A stretch of DNA of 64,000 nt from Nitrospirales bacterium (GCA_965203295.1 CBDBCZ010000018.1:1760001-1824000), one strand, 5' to 3'. Shown: positions 11,981-26,436, counted from the stretch's first letter. Notes: a model not told the origin generated them from the letters alone. Made by a program: numbers and translations.

Positions 11981-14900
11981 ACTAACATCATTCAAACTAA
12001 ACAAGCCTTTCAATAACCAGTTCTTTTCCTAAACAGTTAGAAAGGGTCAGATCAATGGTAGCTAGTTACTTTGGCTGAAAGTCTTTGCCTGAGACCAACA
12101 AAACTAACAATTTTCAATAAAATCCTTCTTTCCTAATCTTCAGACTAACCTCAACCAAACTAAACAAGCCTTTGAATAACCAGTTCCTTTCTTGAACATC
12201 GACACTTTCTAAACATGTATTGTATCCGACTAACATCATTAAAACTAATCAAGCCTTTGAATAACCAGTTCTTTTCCTAAACAGTTGGGAAGGGTCAGAT
12301 CAATGGTAGCTAGTTACTTTGGCTCAAAGTCTTTGCTAGAGACCAACAAAACTAACGATTTTCTATAAAATACTTCTTTCCTAATCTGCAGACTAACATC
12401 AAGCAAACTAAATAAGCATTTGAATAACCAGTTCCTTTCTTGAATATCGATACTTCCTAAGCATGTATTGTATCTGACTAACATCATTCACACTAAACAA
12501 GCCTTTGAATAACAAGTTCTTTTCCTAAACAGTTGGGAAGGGTCAGATCAATGGTAGCCAGTTACTTTGGCTGAAAGTCTTTGCCTGAGACCAACAAAAC
12601 TAACAATTTTCAATAAAATCCTTCTTTCCTAATCTTCAGGCTAACATCAACAAAACTAAACAGGCCTTTGAATAACCAGCTCTTTTTTCTAAACAGTTGG
12701 GAAGGGTCAGAAAAAGGGTAGCAAGTTACTTTGGCTTAAAATCTTTGCTAGAGACAAAAAAACGAACAATTTTAAATAAAATCCTTCTTTCCTAATCTTA
12801 AGACTAACATCAACCAAACTAAACAAGCCTTTGAATAACCAGTTCCTTTCTTGAATATCTACACTTCCTAAACATGTATTGTATTTGACTAACATCATTA
12901 AAACTAATCAAGCCTTTGAATAACCAGTTCTTTTCCTAAACAGTTGGGAAGGGTCAGATCAATGGTAGCCAGTTACTTTGGCTGAAAGTCTTTGCCTGAG
13001 ACCAACAAAACTAACAATTTTCAATAAAATCCTTTTTTCCTAATCTTCAGACTAACATCAACCAAACTAAAAAAAGGCTTTCAATAACCAGTTCCTTTCT
13101 TGAACATCGATACTTCCTAAACATGTATTGTATCCGACTAACATCATTAAAACTAATCAAGCCTTTGAATAACCAGTTCTTTTCCTAAACAGTTGGGAAG
13201 GGTCAGATGAATGGTAGCTAGTTACTTTGGCTAAAAGTCTTTGCTAGAGACCAACAAAACTAATGATTTTCTATAAAATACTTCTTTCCTAATCTGCAGA
13301 CTAACATCAAGTAAACTAAACAAGCCTTTGAATAACCAGTTCCTTTCTTGAACATCGAAACTTCCCATGCATGTATTGTATCTGACTAACATCATTCAAA
13401 CTAAACAAGCCTTTGAATAAAAAGTTCTTTTCCTAAACAGTTGGGAAGGGTCAGATCAATGGTAGCCAGTTACTTTTGCTGAAAGTCTTTGCCTGAGACC
13501 AACAAAACTAACAATTTTCAATAAAATCCTTCTTTCCTAATCTTCAGACTAACATCAACCAAACTAAACAAGCCTTTGAATAACCAGTTCCTTTCTTGAA
13601 CATCGATACTTCCTAAGCGTGTATTGTATCTGACTAACATCATTCAAGCTAAACAGGCCTTTGAATAACCAGTTCTTTTTCTAAACAGTTGGGAAGGGTC
13701 AGATAAATGGTAGATAGTTACTTTGGCTTAAAGTCTTTGCTAGAGACCAACAAAACTAACAATTTGCAATAAAATCCTTCTTTCCTAATCTTCAGACTAA
13801 CATCATTCAAACTAAACAAGCCTTTGAATAACCAGTTCTTTTCCTAAACAGTTAAAAAGGGTCAGATCAATGGTAGCTAGTTACTTTGGCTGAAAGTCTT
13901 TGCTTGAGACCAACAAAACTGACAATTTTCAATAAAATCCTTCTTTCCTAATCTTCAGACTAACATCATTCAAACTAAACAAGCCTTTGAATAACCAGTT
14001 CTTTTCCTAAACAGTTAGGAAGGGTCAGATCAATGGTAGCTAGTTACTTTGGCTTAAAGTCTTTGCTAGAGACCAACAAAACTAACAATTTTCAATAAAA
14101 TCCTTCTTTCCTAATCTTCAGACTAACATCATTCAAACTAAACAGGCCTTGGAATAACCAGTTCTTTTCCTAAACAGTTGGGATGGGTCAGATCAAAGGT
14201 AGCTAGATACTTTGGCTTAAAGTCTTTGCTAGAGACCAACAAAACAAACAATTTTCAATAAAATCCTTCTTTCCTAATCTTCAGACTAACATCAACAAAA
14301 CTAAACAAGCCTTTGAATAACCAGTTCCTTTCTTGAACATTGATACTTCCTAAGCATGTATTGTATCTGACTAATATCATTCAAACAAAACAAGCCTTTG
14401 AATAACCAGCTCATTTTCTAAATAGTTGGGAAGGATCAGATCAATGGTAGCTAGTTACTTTGGCTTAAAGTCTTTGCAAGAGACAAACAAAACTAACAAT
14501 TATCAATAAAATCCTTCTTTCCTAATCTTCAGGCTAACATCAACAAAACTAAACAGGCCTTTGAATAACCAGTTCTTTTTCTAAACAGTTCGGAAAAGTC
14601 AGATAAATGGTAGCTAGTTACTTTGGCTTAAAGTCTTTGCTAGAGACCAACAAAATTAACAATTTTCAATAAAATCCTTCTTTCCTAATCTTCAGACTAA
14701 CATCATTCAAACTAAACAAGCCTTTGAATAACCAGTTCTTTTTCTAAACAGTTAGGAAGGGTCAGATCAATGGTAGCTAGTTACTTTGGCTGAAAGTCTT
14801 TGCCTGAGACCAACAAAACTAACAATTTTCAATAAAATCCTTCTTTCCTAATAATCAGACTAACATCAAGCAAACTAAATAAGCATTTGAATAACCACTT

Positions 14901-17900
14901 CCTTTCTTGAACATTGATACTTCCTAAGGATGTATTGAATCTGACGAATATCATTCAAACAAAACAAGCCTTTAAATAACCAGCTCATTTTCTAAATAGT
15001 TCGGAAGGGTCAGATAAATGGTAGCTAGCAACTTTGGCTTAAAGACTTTGCTAGAGACCAACAAAACTAACAATTTTCAATAAAATCCTTCTTTCCTAAT
15101 CTTCAGGCTAACATCAACAAAACTAAACAGGCCTTTGAATAAACAGTTCTTTTTCTAAACAGTTGGAAAGGGTCAGATAAATGGTAGCTAGTTACTTTGG
15201 CTGAAAGTCTTTGCTAGAGACCAACAAAACTAACAATTTTCAATAAAATCCTTCTTTCCTAATCTTCAGACTAACATCAAGCAAACTAAATAAGCATTTG
15301 AATAACCAGTTCCTTTCTTGAACATTGATACTTCCTAAGGATGTATTGAATCTGACGAATATCATTCAAACAAAACAAGCCTTTAAATAACCAGCTCATT
15401 TTCTAAATAGTTCGGAAGGGTCAGATAAATGGTAGCTAGCAACTTTGGCTTAAAGACTTTGCTAGAGACATACAAAACTAACAATTTTCAATAAAATCCT
15501 TCTTTCCTAATCTTCAGGCTAACATCAACAAAACTAAACAGGCCTTTGAATAAACAGTTCTTTTTCTAAACAGTTGGAAAGGGTCAGATCAATGGTAGCT
15601 AGTTACTTTGGCTGAAAGTCTTTGCCTGAGACCAACAAAACTAACAATTTTCAATAAAATCCTTCTTTCCTAATCTTCAGACTAACCTCAACCAAACTAA
15701 ACAAGCCTTTGAATAACCAGTTCCTTTCTTGAACATCGACACTTCCTAAACATGTATTGTATCCAACTAACATCATTAAAACTAATCAAGCCTTTGAATA
15801 ACCAGTTCTTTTCCTAAACAGTTGGGAAGGGTCAGATCAATGGTAGCTAGTTACTTTGGCTCAAAGTCTTTGCTAGAGACCAACAAAACTAACGATTTTC
15901 TATAAAATACTTCTTTCCTAATCTGCAGACTAACATCAAGCAAACTAAATAAGCATTTGAATAACCAGTTCCTTTCTTGAACATCGATACTTCCTAAGCA
16001 TGTATTGTATCTGACTAACATCATTCAAACTAAACAAGCCTTTGAATAACAAGTTCTTTTCCTAAACAGTTGGGAAGGGTCAGATCAATGGTAGCCAGTT
16101 ACTTTGGCTGAAAGTATTTGCCTGAGACCAACAAAACTAACAATTTTCAATAAAATCCTTCCTTCCTAATCTTCAGACTAACATCAACCAAACTAAACAA
16201 GCTTTTGAATAACCAGTTCCTTTCTTGAACATTGATACTTCCTAAGCATGTATTGTATCTGACTAATATCATTCAAAAAAAAACAAGCCTTTGAATAACC
16301 AGCTCTTTTTCTAAATAGTTCGGAAGGGTCAGATCAATGGTAGCTAGTAACTTTGGCTTAAAGTCTTTGCTAGAGACCAACAAAACTAACAATTTTCAAT
16401 AAAATCCTTCTTTCCTAATCTTCAGACTAACATTATTCAAACTAAACAAGCCTTTGAATAATCAGTTCTTTTCCAAAACAGTTGGGAAGGGTCAGATCAA
16501 TGGTAGCTAGTTACTTTGGCTGAAAGTCTTTGCTAGAGACCAACAAAACTAACAATTTTCAATAAAATCCTTCTTTCCTAATCTTCAGACTAACATCATT
16601 AAAACTAAACAAGCTTTTGAATAACCAGCTCTTTTTCTAAACAGTTGGGAAGGGTCAGATAAAAGGTAGCTAGTAACTTTGGCTAAAAGTCTTTGTTAGA
16701 GACCAACAAAACAAATAATTTTCATTAAAATCCTTCTTTCCTAATCTTCAGACTAACATCAACGAAACTAAACAAGCCCTTGAATAACAAACAAGTTCCT
16801 TTCTTGAACATCGATACTTCCTAAGAGTGTATTGTATCTGACTAACATCATTCAAACTAAACAAGCCTTTGAATAACCAGTTCTTTTTCTAAACAGTTGG
16901 GAAGTGTCAGATCAATGGTAGCTACTGACTTTGCCTTAAAGTCTTTGCCAGAGACAAACAAATCTAACAATTTTCAATGAAATCCTTCTTTCCTAATCTT
17001 CAGACTAACATCAACCAAACTAAACAAGCCTTTGAATAACCATGCAGTTCCGGTCTTGAACATCGATACTTCCTAAGCATGTATTGTATCTGACTGACAT
17101 CATTCAAACTATACAAACTATTAAATCTTAAACCAATTACTTTCCTAGACAGTTGGGAAGGGTCAGATAAATGGTAGCTAGTTGTTTTGTTTGAAAGTTT
17201 CCTGAGACCAATAAAGCTAAAATTGTACCAATTATTAGTGAAAACCCTTACTTTCTAAGCATGTATGTAATGTATCTGACTAACATCATTCAAACTAAAC
17301 AAATGATTGAATCATAAACCAGTTCCTTTCCAAGACAGTTGGGAGGGGTCAGATCAATGGTAGCTAGATACTTTGGCTGAAAGTCTTTACCTGAGACCAA
17401 CAAACTAACAATTTTCAATAAAATCCTCCTTTCCTAATCTTCAGACTGACATCAACTAAACTAAACAAGCCTTTGAATAACCAGTTCCTTTCTTGAACAT
17501 CGATACTTCAAAAGGATGTATTGTATTTCACTAACATCATTCAAACTAAACAAGCCTTTGAATAACAAGTTCTTTTCCTAAACAGTTGGGAAGGGTCAGA
17601 TCAATGGTAGCTAGTTACTTTGGCTTAAAGTCTTTGCTAGAGACCAACAAAACTAACAATTTTCAACAAAATCCTTCTTTCCTAATCAATGGTAGCTAGT
17701 TACTTTGGCTTAAAGTCTTTGCTAGAGACCATCAAAACTAACAATTTTCAATAAAATACTTTTTTCCTAATCTGCAGACTAACATCAAACAAACTAAACA
17801 AGCCTTTGAATAACCAGTTCCTTTCTTGAACATCGATACTTCCTAAGGATGTATTGCATTTGACTAACATCATTCAAACTAAACTAGCCTTTGAATAACC

Positions 17901-20900
17901 AGTTCGTTTCCTAAACAGTTGGGAAGGGTCAGATCAATGGTAGCTAGTTACTTTGGCTTAAAGTCTTTGCCTGAGACCAACAAAACTAACCATTTTCAAT
18001 AAATCCTTCTTTCATAATCTTCAGACTAACATCAACCAAACTAAACAAGCCTTTGAATAACAAGTTCCTTTCTTGAACATCGATACTTCCTAGGCATGTA
18101 TTGTATTTGACTAACATCAACAAAACTAAACAAGCCTTTGAATAACCAGTTCTTTTTCTAAACAGTTGGGAAGGGTCAGATCAATGGTAGCTAGTTACTT
18201 CGGCTTAAAGTCATTGCTAGAGACAAACAAAACTAACAATTTTCAATAAAATCCTTCTTTCCTAATCTTCAGACTAACATAAACCAAACTAAACAAGCCT
18301 TTGAATAACCAGTTTCTTTCTTGAACATCGATACTTCCTAAGCATGTATTGTATCCGTCTAACATCATTCAAACTAAACAAGCCTTTGAATAACCTGTTC
18401 TTTTCCTAAACAGTTGAGAAGTGTCAGATCAACGGTAGCTTGTTACTTTGGCTCAAAGTCTTTGCTAGAGACTACCAAAACTAACGATTTTCTATAAAAT
18501 ACTTCTTTCCTAATCTGCAGACTAACATCAACCAAACTAAACAAGCCTTTGAATAACCAGTTCCTTTCTTGAACATCGATACTTCCTAAGCATGTATTGT
18601 ATTTGACTAACATCATTCAAACTAAACAAGCCTTTGAATAACAGGTTCTTTTCCTAAACAGTTAGGAAGGGTCAGATCAATTGTAGCCAGTTACTTTGGC
18701 TGAAAGTCTTTGCCTGAGACCAACAAAACTAACGATTTTCAATAAAATCCTTCTTTCCTAATATTCAGACTAACATCAACCAAACTAAACATGCCTTTGA
18801 ATAACCAGTTCCTTTCTTGAACATCGATACTTCCTAGGCATGTATTGTATTTGACTAACATCATTAAACTAAACAAGCCTTTGAATAACCAGTTCTTTTT
18901 CTAAACAGTTGGGAAGGGTCAGATCAATGGTAGCTAGTTACTTTGGCTCAAAGTCTTTGCTAGAGACCAACAAAACTAACGATTTTCTATAAAATACTTC
19001 TTTCCTAATCTTCAGACTAACATCAACAAAACTAAACAAGCCTTTGAATAACAAGTTCCTTTCTTGAACATCGATACTTCCTAAGCGTGTATTGTATATG
19101 ACTAACATCATTCAAACTAAATAAGCCTTTGAATAACCAGTTCTTTTCATAAACAGTTGGGAAGGGTCAGATCAATGGTAGCCAGTTACTTTGGCTGAAA
19201 GTCTCTGCCTGAGACCAACAAAACTAACAATTTTCTATAAAATCCTTCTTTCCTAATCTTCAGACTAACATCAACCAAACTAAACAAGCCTTTGAATACC
19301 AGTTCCTTTCTTGAACATTGATACTTCCTAAGCATGTATTGTATCTGACTAATATCATTCAAACAAAACAAGCCTTTGAATAACCAGCTCTATTTCTAAA
19401 CAGTTGGGAAGGGTCAGATGAATGGTAGCTAGTGACTTTGGCTTAAAGTCTTTGCCAGAAACCAACAAATCTAACAATTTTCAATGAAATCCTCCTTTCC
19501 TAATCTTCAGACTAACACCAACCAAACTAAACAAGCCTTTGAATAACCAGTTCCTTTCTTGAACATCGATACTTCCTAAGCATGTATTGTATTTGACTAA
19601 CATCATTCAAACTAAACTAGCCTTTGAATAAGCAGTTCTTTTTCTAAACAGTTGGGAAGGGTCAGATCAATGGTAGCTAGTGACTTTGGCTTAAAGTCTT
19701 TGCTAGAGACCAATAAAACTAACAATTTTCAATAAAATCCTTCTTTCCTAATCTTCAGACTAACATCATTCAAACTAAACAAGCTTTTGAATAACCAGCT
19801 CTTTTTCTAAACAGTTGGGAAGGGTCAGATCAAAGGTAGCTAGTAACTTTGGCTTAAAGTCTTTGCTAGAGACCAACAAAACTAATAATTTTCAATAAAA
19901 TCCTTCTTTCCTAATCTTCAGACTAACATCATTCAAACTAAACAGGCCTTTGAATAACCAGTTCTTTTTCTAAACAGTTGGGAAGGGTCAGATCAAAGGT
20001 AGCTAGTAACTTTGGCTTAAAGTCTTTGCTAGAGACCAACAAAACTAATAATTTTCAATAAAATCCTTCTTTCCTAATCTTCAGACTAACATCATTCAAA
20101 CTAAACAGGCCTTTGAATAACCAGTTCTTTTTCTAAACAGTTCGGAAGGGTCAGATAAATGGTAGCTAGTTACTTTGGCTTAAAGTCTTTGCTAGAGACC
20201 AACAAAACTAACAATTTTCAATAAAATCCTTCTTTCTTAATCTTCAGACTAACATCATTCAAACTAAACAAGCCTTTGAATAACCAGTTCTTTTCCTAAA
20301 CAGTTGGGAAGGGTCAGATCAATGGTAGCTAGTTACTTTGGCTTAAAGTCTTTGCTAGAGACCAATAAAACTAACAATTTTCAATAAAATCCTTCTTTCC
20401 TAATCTTCAGACTAACATCATTCAAACTAAACAAGCTTTTGAATAACCAGCTCTTTTTCTAAACAGTTGGGAAGGGTCAGATCAAAGGTAGCTAGTAACT
20501 TTGGCTTAAAGTCTTTGCTAGAGACCAACAAAACTAATAATTTTCAATAAAATCCTTCTTTCCTAATCTTCAGACTAACATCATTCAAACTAAACAAGCT
20601 TTTGAATAACCAGCTCTTTTTCTAAACAGTTGGGAAGGGTCAGATCAAAGGTAGCTAGTAACTTTGGCTTAAAGTCTTTGCTAGAGACCAACAAAACTAA
20701 TAATTTTCATTAAAATCCTTCTTTCCTAATCTTCAGACTAACATCAACGAAACCTAACAAGCCCTTGAATAACAAGTTCCTTTCTTGAACATCGATACTT
20801 CCTAAGCGTGTATTGTGTCTGACTAACATCCTTCAAACTAAACAAGCCTTTGAATAAGCAGTTCTTTTTCTAAACAGTTGGGAAGGGTCAGATCAATGGT

Positions 20901-23104
20901 AGCTAGTGACTTTGGCTTAAAGTCTTTGCCAGAGACAAACAAATCTAACAATTTTCAATGAACTCCTTCTTTCCTAATCTTCAGACTAACACCAACCAAA
21001 CTAAACAAGCCTTTGAATAACCAGTTCCGGTCTTGAACATCGATACTTCCTAAGCATGTATTGTATCCGACTAACATCATTCAAACTAAACAAGCTATTA
21101 AATCTTAAACCAATTTCTTTCCTAGACAGTTGGGAAGGGTCAGATCAATGGTAGCTAGTTGTTTTGACTGAAAGTTTCCTGAGATCAATAAAGCTAAAAT
21201 TGTACCAATTATTAGTGAAAACCCTTACTTTCTAAGCATGTATGTATTGTATCTGACAAACATCATTTAAACTAAACAAATGTTGAATCATAAACCAGTT
21301 CCTTTCCAAGACAGTTGGGTGGGGTCAGATCAATGGTAGCTAGATACTTTGGCTGAAAGTCTTTACCTGAGACCAACAAAACTAAAAATTTTCAATGAAA
21401 TCCTCCTTTCCTAATCTTCAACTAACATCAACTAAACTAAACAAGCCTTTGAATAACCAGTTCCTTTCTTGAACATCGATACTTCCTAAACATGTATTGT
21501 ATCCGACTAACACCATTCAAACTAAACAACCTATTAAATCTTACACCAATTTCTTTCCTAGACACTTATGAAGGGTCAGATCAATGGTAGCTACTTAGTT
21601 TGGCTGAAAGTCTTTGCCTGAGACCAATAAAACTGATAATTTTCAGTCAAAACCCTTACTTCCTAAGTATGTATTGTATCTGACTAACATCATTCAAACT
21701 AAACAAGCCTTTGAATAACCAGTTCTTTTTCTAAACAGTTGGGAAGGGTCAGATCAATGGTAGCTAGTGACTTTGGCTTAAAGTCTTTGCCAGAAACCAA
21801 CAAATCTAACAATTTTCAATGAAATCCTCCTTTCCTAATCTTCAGACTAACACCAACCAAACTAAACAAGCCTTTGAATAACCAGTTCCGGTCTTGAACA
21901 TCGATACTTCCTAAGCATGTATTGTATCCGACTAACATCATTCAAACTAAACAAGCTATTAAATCTTAAACCAATTTCTTTCCTAGACAGTTGGGAAGGG
22001 TCAGATCAATGGTAGCTAGTTGTTTTGACTGAAAGTTTCCTGAGATCAATAAAGCTAAAATTGTACCAATTATTAGTGAAAACCCTTACTTTCTAAGCAT
22101 GTATGTATTGTATCTGACAAACATCATTTAAACTAAACAAATGTTGAATCATAAACCAGTTCCTTTCCAAGACAGTTGGGTGGGGTCAGATCAATGGTAG
22201 CTAGATACTTTGGCTGAAAGTCTTTACCTGAGACCAACAAAACTAAAAATTTTCAATGAAATCCTCCTTTCCTAATCTTCAACTAACATCAACTAAACTA
22301 AACAAGCCTTTGAATAACCAGTTCCTTTCTTGAACATCGATACTTCCTAAACATGTATTGTATCCGACTAACACCATTCAAACTAAACAACCTATTAAAT
22401 CTTACACCAATTTCTTTCCTAGACACTTATGAAGGGTCAGATCAATGGTAGCTACTTAGTTTGGCTGAAAGTCTTTGCCTGAGACCAATAAAACTGATAA
22501 TTTTCAGTCAAAACCCTTACTTCCTAAGTATGTATTGTATCTGACTAACATCATTCAAACTAAACAAGCCTTTGAATAACCAGTTCTTTTTCTAAACAGT
22601 TGGGAAGGGTCAGATCAATGGTAGCTAGTGACTTTGGCTTAAAGTCTTTGCCAGAAACCAACAAATCTAACAATTTTCAATGAAATCCTCCTTTCCTAAT
22701 CTTCAGACTAACACCAACCAAACTAAACAAGCCTTTGAATAACCAGTTCCTTTCTTGAACATCGATACTTCCTAAGCATGTATTGTATTTGACTAACATC
22801 ATTCAAACTAAACTAGCCTTTGAATAACCAGTTCGTTTCCTAAACAGTTGGGAAGGGTCATATTAATGGTAGCTAGTTACTTTGGCTTAAAGTCTTTGCC
22901 AGAGATAAAAAAAAAACAATTTTTGAGGAAATTCTTCTTTCCTAATCTTCAGACTAACATCAACCAAACTAAACCGGCCTTTGAATAACCAGTTCCTTTC
23001 TTGAACATCGATACTTCCTAAGCATGTATTGTATCTGACTAACATCATTCAAACTAAACAAGCCTTTGCATAACCAGTTCTTTTCCTAAACAGTTGGGAA
23101 GGGT
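11981..23104. repeat. Satellite DNA array: 163-bp module A and 85-bp module B (AB = 248 bp) with higher-order repeats
   Basis: A starts at 13796, 13959, 14122 (period 163). B runs 12144-12228 (85 bp). Both begin actaacatca(ttc/acc)aaactaaacaagcctttgaataaccagttc. 861-bp duplication marked by ccagttccgg at 21021/21882 and gggtggggtc at 21317/22178. Confidence 0.97.
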
Positions 23105-23110
23105 TAATGG

Positions 23111-23240
23111 TATGGCTCATAAAAGCCTATGACTATAATCAGAGCCGAGTTCTGAAAGTATGATTTTGTACGCGTGATATGGGGCCGCCATTTTTTTCCC
23201 GTGCCATCCCTACATATGGAGTACTACCGTACTCCATGAT
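23111..23240. repeat. 130-bp element end, inverted copy at 29115-29244, ending in hairpin atggagtac-N4-gtactccat
   Basis: Direct reverse-complement comparison of the two segments. Confidence 0.8.
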
Positions 23241-23493
23241 AAATGGCTGCATATCACAATTGTACTTTACCATACAGTAAGTGTCAGTCATAGTAGAAAT
23301 TACTAGAGCAGTTAACTATCAAAACCACAGCCTCTTTACTTCGTCAGCAATTAAGTCACTTAGCCTGCTAAAATTTAATGGATTGAATTTAATTGGCCTG
23401 TTTTCAGCCCCTGACATCTCAAAATTCATTGCGTCAGAAATACTGGAATGGGTTCATTATACAATGAGTATCAAATATACTGACTGTACTCAC

Positions 23494-23562
23494 CCAGCAT
23501 GCTCCATGGCTCTCCCAGCACTGGAACCGACGTCATTAGAGACGGCTTTGTCAGCCGCATAA
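23494..23562 (-). pseudogene. TRAPPC13: TRAPPC13-like exon 2 (69 nt), isolated copy
   Basis: cag|TT ATG CGG CTG ACA AAG CCG...CTG G|gtgagt = (V)MRLTKPSLMTSVPVLGEPWSML, resembling TRAPPC13 [23 protein letters not shown]. Confidence 0.8.
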
Positions 23563-23572
23563 CTGTATGCAG

Positions 23573-23817
<245 letters not shown>

Positions 23818-24009
23818 GTCACTTACAGGCTGTTTTATGGTAAGATGGACTGCCTGCCAGCACGTGTTGGTCTATTTAAAGCCTACCTTCAATCGTGCAT
23901 GAAAGCAAGGTTTATACATTTATGAAAAAGAGGGCCCAGAATAAACAATGTACATTCAAAACCGACAAAGTATAAAAAGAGTAGTGTTGACCCTGACTAG
24001 AAATGGGCA

Positions 24010-24991
24010 GCCTCACGTGCCAGTTACATAGCTGACCTTGACAAGCGACCTTCCCCCCCCCCCCATGCACATGCAGGCGAAGGCCTTCCTGATGCTGACT
24101 GGAGTACAAATTGAAACCTATACTACACACATTCTCAAACATATTCTATTCCAATACCTAACCATTTGTTACCACTTCCCAAAAAAACGCCCATAACAAG
24201 TTACAGAAAAAGCACTTTTCTAAAAAGTGCAAAAACAAGTCATGTAGGGATGGACTTTCACCAAAAAACAGTTCCCCAAAAACCAATGAAACAAGCGACA
24301 ATGCACAACGCAATGCGTGCACAGACAACCCACCCATCACAGCGCAATGCATTTATTGCGTAGCTACCATCTCTACATCTTTCCAACCACACCCACCACA
24401 ATCCGTACCTCGCCCCCATACTTAACTGCACCCCAATACTTCCTTCAACACACACAACCATCCACAATCATCACTATCATATATATACCACCCTTACATC
24501 CTTATCCACAATCATTAATGGCTACATTATAAAACACAACACCCCACACTACAGCCAACCCAAACCTTCACAGGAACGCTAGCTACTCCCATCAAAATTC
24601 ACTTCACTCCACGAATCCCACATTCTCAAGCACAAACCAAGCAGAGCAATTCCTCACAACATCAACCACCATACAACACACTCAACAAAGTTGACAACAC
24701 TCAATCTATACTTTACCAACACACCCACACAGACCTCCCCTACAAAGAACCTGCACATACAAACACTCTCAAAACTTCATCACACTCAACAACCAAACAC
24801 AACCAAAGTCCCTATACAAACATGACTCCACCCTCAATGACTCACTAGTCCAACATATACACCATGAACACTTTCAGCTACCCTCCACAACCTCCAACAT
24901 ACTAGTCATAATTAGCAATATACACACACCAAATTACACTACCACTGTTCACATCTCACATATACATGATTGTGGTTGAAAAGATGTAGGG
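24010..24991 (+). mobile_element. Degenerate Penelope-like element remnant (paralogue of 30110-31395)
   Basis: C/A-rich sequence homologous to 30120-31200. Decayed hammerhead-like CTGATGC..GAAAC at 24089-24117. Start of an inverted terminal duplication at ~24965-24990. Confidence 0.45.
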
Positions 24992-26002
24992 AGAAGATGC
25001 TAGCTCTTTCCAGCGACTACAAGACTTAGTCTCGCGATGTCAGGCACTTTAACACAAAAGGTTAGTTGCGGTATAGTCCTAGCTGTAAGTGAAAGCCAAG
25101 CAGAGATATAACTGCTATGCTAGGCTAACCATGTTGATGTGCATTAAATGGAGTCGGTGCCGTTCGCCTGCATGTAGCCTGTGGTATAGCTAGGCTACAG
25201 TGCTAGCTCGCCTGTTTGGTCTAGCAGCTGTTTGTAGTCTCTCCTCTGAGTCACTGCCTCTGGTTAGAATGTGGTGAACATGCAAGTAGCCATGCTGAGA
25301 ATAAAATCAGTGCCATTCACTTGATATGTAGCTAGGCTATGGCTGTGAAGAGCTAGGCTGTAGTCCCAGAATGCCTAAACTGTTTTACAGCTGATTGTAG
25401 TCTTCTCTGTAGCGCTGTCTCCACACTTCAATCTGCCAGCAGCACTACTAGCTAAATGTACCCTACAAACCAACAAATCGCATGCAGATTACATCTTTAA
25501 TCTCTATCTGTATAGAGCGAGCGCAGCGAGCGAGTTCAACAAACACAAGTAGTTGTGCGAGCGAAGCGAGCACAACTACTTGTAATTTTAAAGCAGATTA
25601 AATTGGCCAGTAAAAACAAATGTAAACACTCACAGCCAGCAGCACTTTGGGATCAAACATTGACTCCTTGTCTTCAGCTGCTTTCTTCTTTCGCTCTGTA
25701 ATGAGTCTGTAGGACAACAGGGAGACAGGCACACACATTATCTAATAGGTAACTATTCTGTAGGTCCACACAAGTGGCCCACTACCACATGGAAACATCA
25801 CTGTGGTCATGTACATTGATTCTGCAAGAAACAATGCGAATGTAGCTAGGTCTGAAAAAAAAACTGGCAATACGACACGACACTATGTAGCTTTAATTAC
25901 TTGGTGACTGCAAGACCAGACAGAGATCATATACGTACATAGTTCTGTCTGTTACATGACATTTTGTACAGATGCTCACTCCATGGCTCTGCTGCAACCT
26001 AC

Positions 26003-26087
26003 CTTAAAGATGGTTTCCTTCACCACCTCCTGGCTGTCGTTGTGCACGGTAACAAAGCCACTGAAATTTTCTCCCAGGTAGATCATC
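26003..26087 (-). pseudogene. TRAPPC13: TRAPPC13-like exon 4 (85 nt)
   Basis: caag|G ATG ATC TAC...TTT AAG|gtaggt = MIYLGENFSGFVTVHNDSQEVVKETIFK, resembling TRAPPC13 [28 protein letters not shown]. Confidence 0.85.
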
Positions 26088-26189
26088 CTTGAACGGGGAG
26101 AGGGTAAGAATGGTCAGCTTTCACAATCAGCAGCCAAAGGCAACTACATATACGTATATGTATATGCATGCACATGCTCCTGCAACTCA

Positions 26190-26436
26190 CAGGCCGTAAT
26201 CTCACAAATACAACAGTCAGCAATACTGCAGTTTCTTGGCTGGACCTTCGCCATTCAAACGTGGTGTTCTGGTGCTGTGCCGTATCATGTAGATGGCGGA
26301 GCTCCCTTCCAGAGCCATCCCTCAGGGGGAGCAATTTCAACAATCTTCTTGACATGAGTTTGGTGGATGAGTATGGGACGATTGCAGCGGGACCTCAAAC
26401 ATGTGACTGCTTCAGTGTATTGGTCTTCAGATCGGG
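26190..26436 (-). mobile_element. BEL/Pao gag fragment, internally deleted paralogue of 47690-48455
   Basis: Near-identical to ~47690-47940. Confidence 0.7.

Noticed and set aside
11981..23104. CRISPR-like array (constant ~45-bp head alternating with other sequence)
   Set aside because: The intervening sequences are only two recurring types, not unique spacers. There are no cas genes and the context is eukaryotic. It is a satellite.
23319..23562. Apparent two-exon gene end YAADKAVSNDVGSSAGRAMEHAG|ISDAMNFEMSG...KRLWF* with a 51-nt intron
   Set aside because: The 69-nt exon read in another frame is TRAPPC13 exon 2 and joins exon 3 in phase in other copies. The alternative reading resembles nothing I recognise.
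23281..23562. Repeated plus-strand ORF MSVIVEITRAVNYQ... (5 copies)
   Set aside because: It recurs only because of recent segmental duplication. It is antisense to TRAPPC13 exon/intron sequence and frameshifted in some copies.
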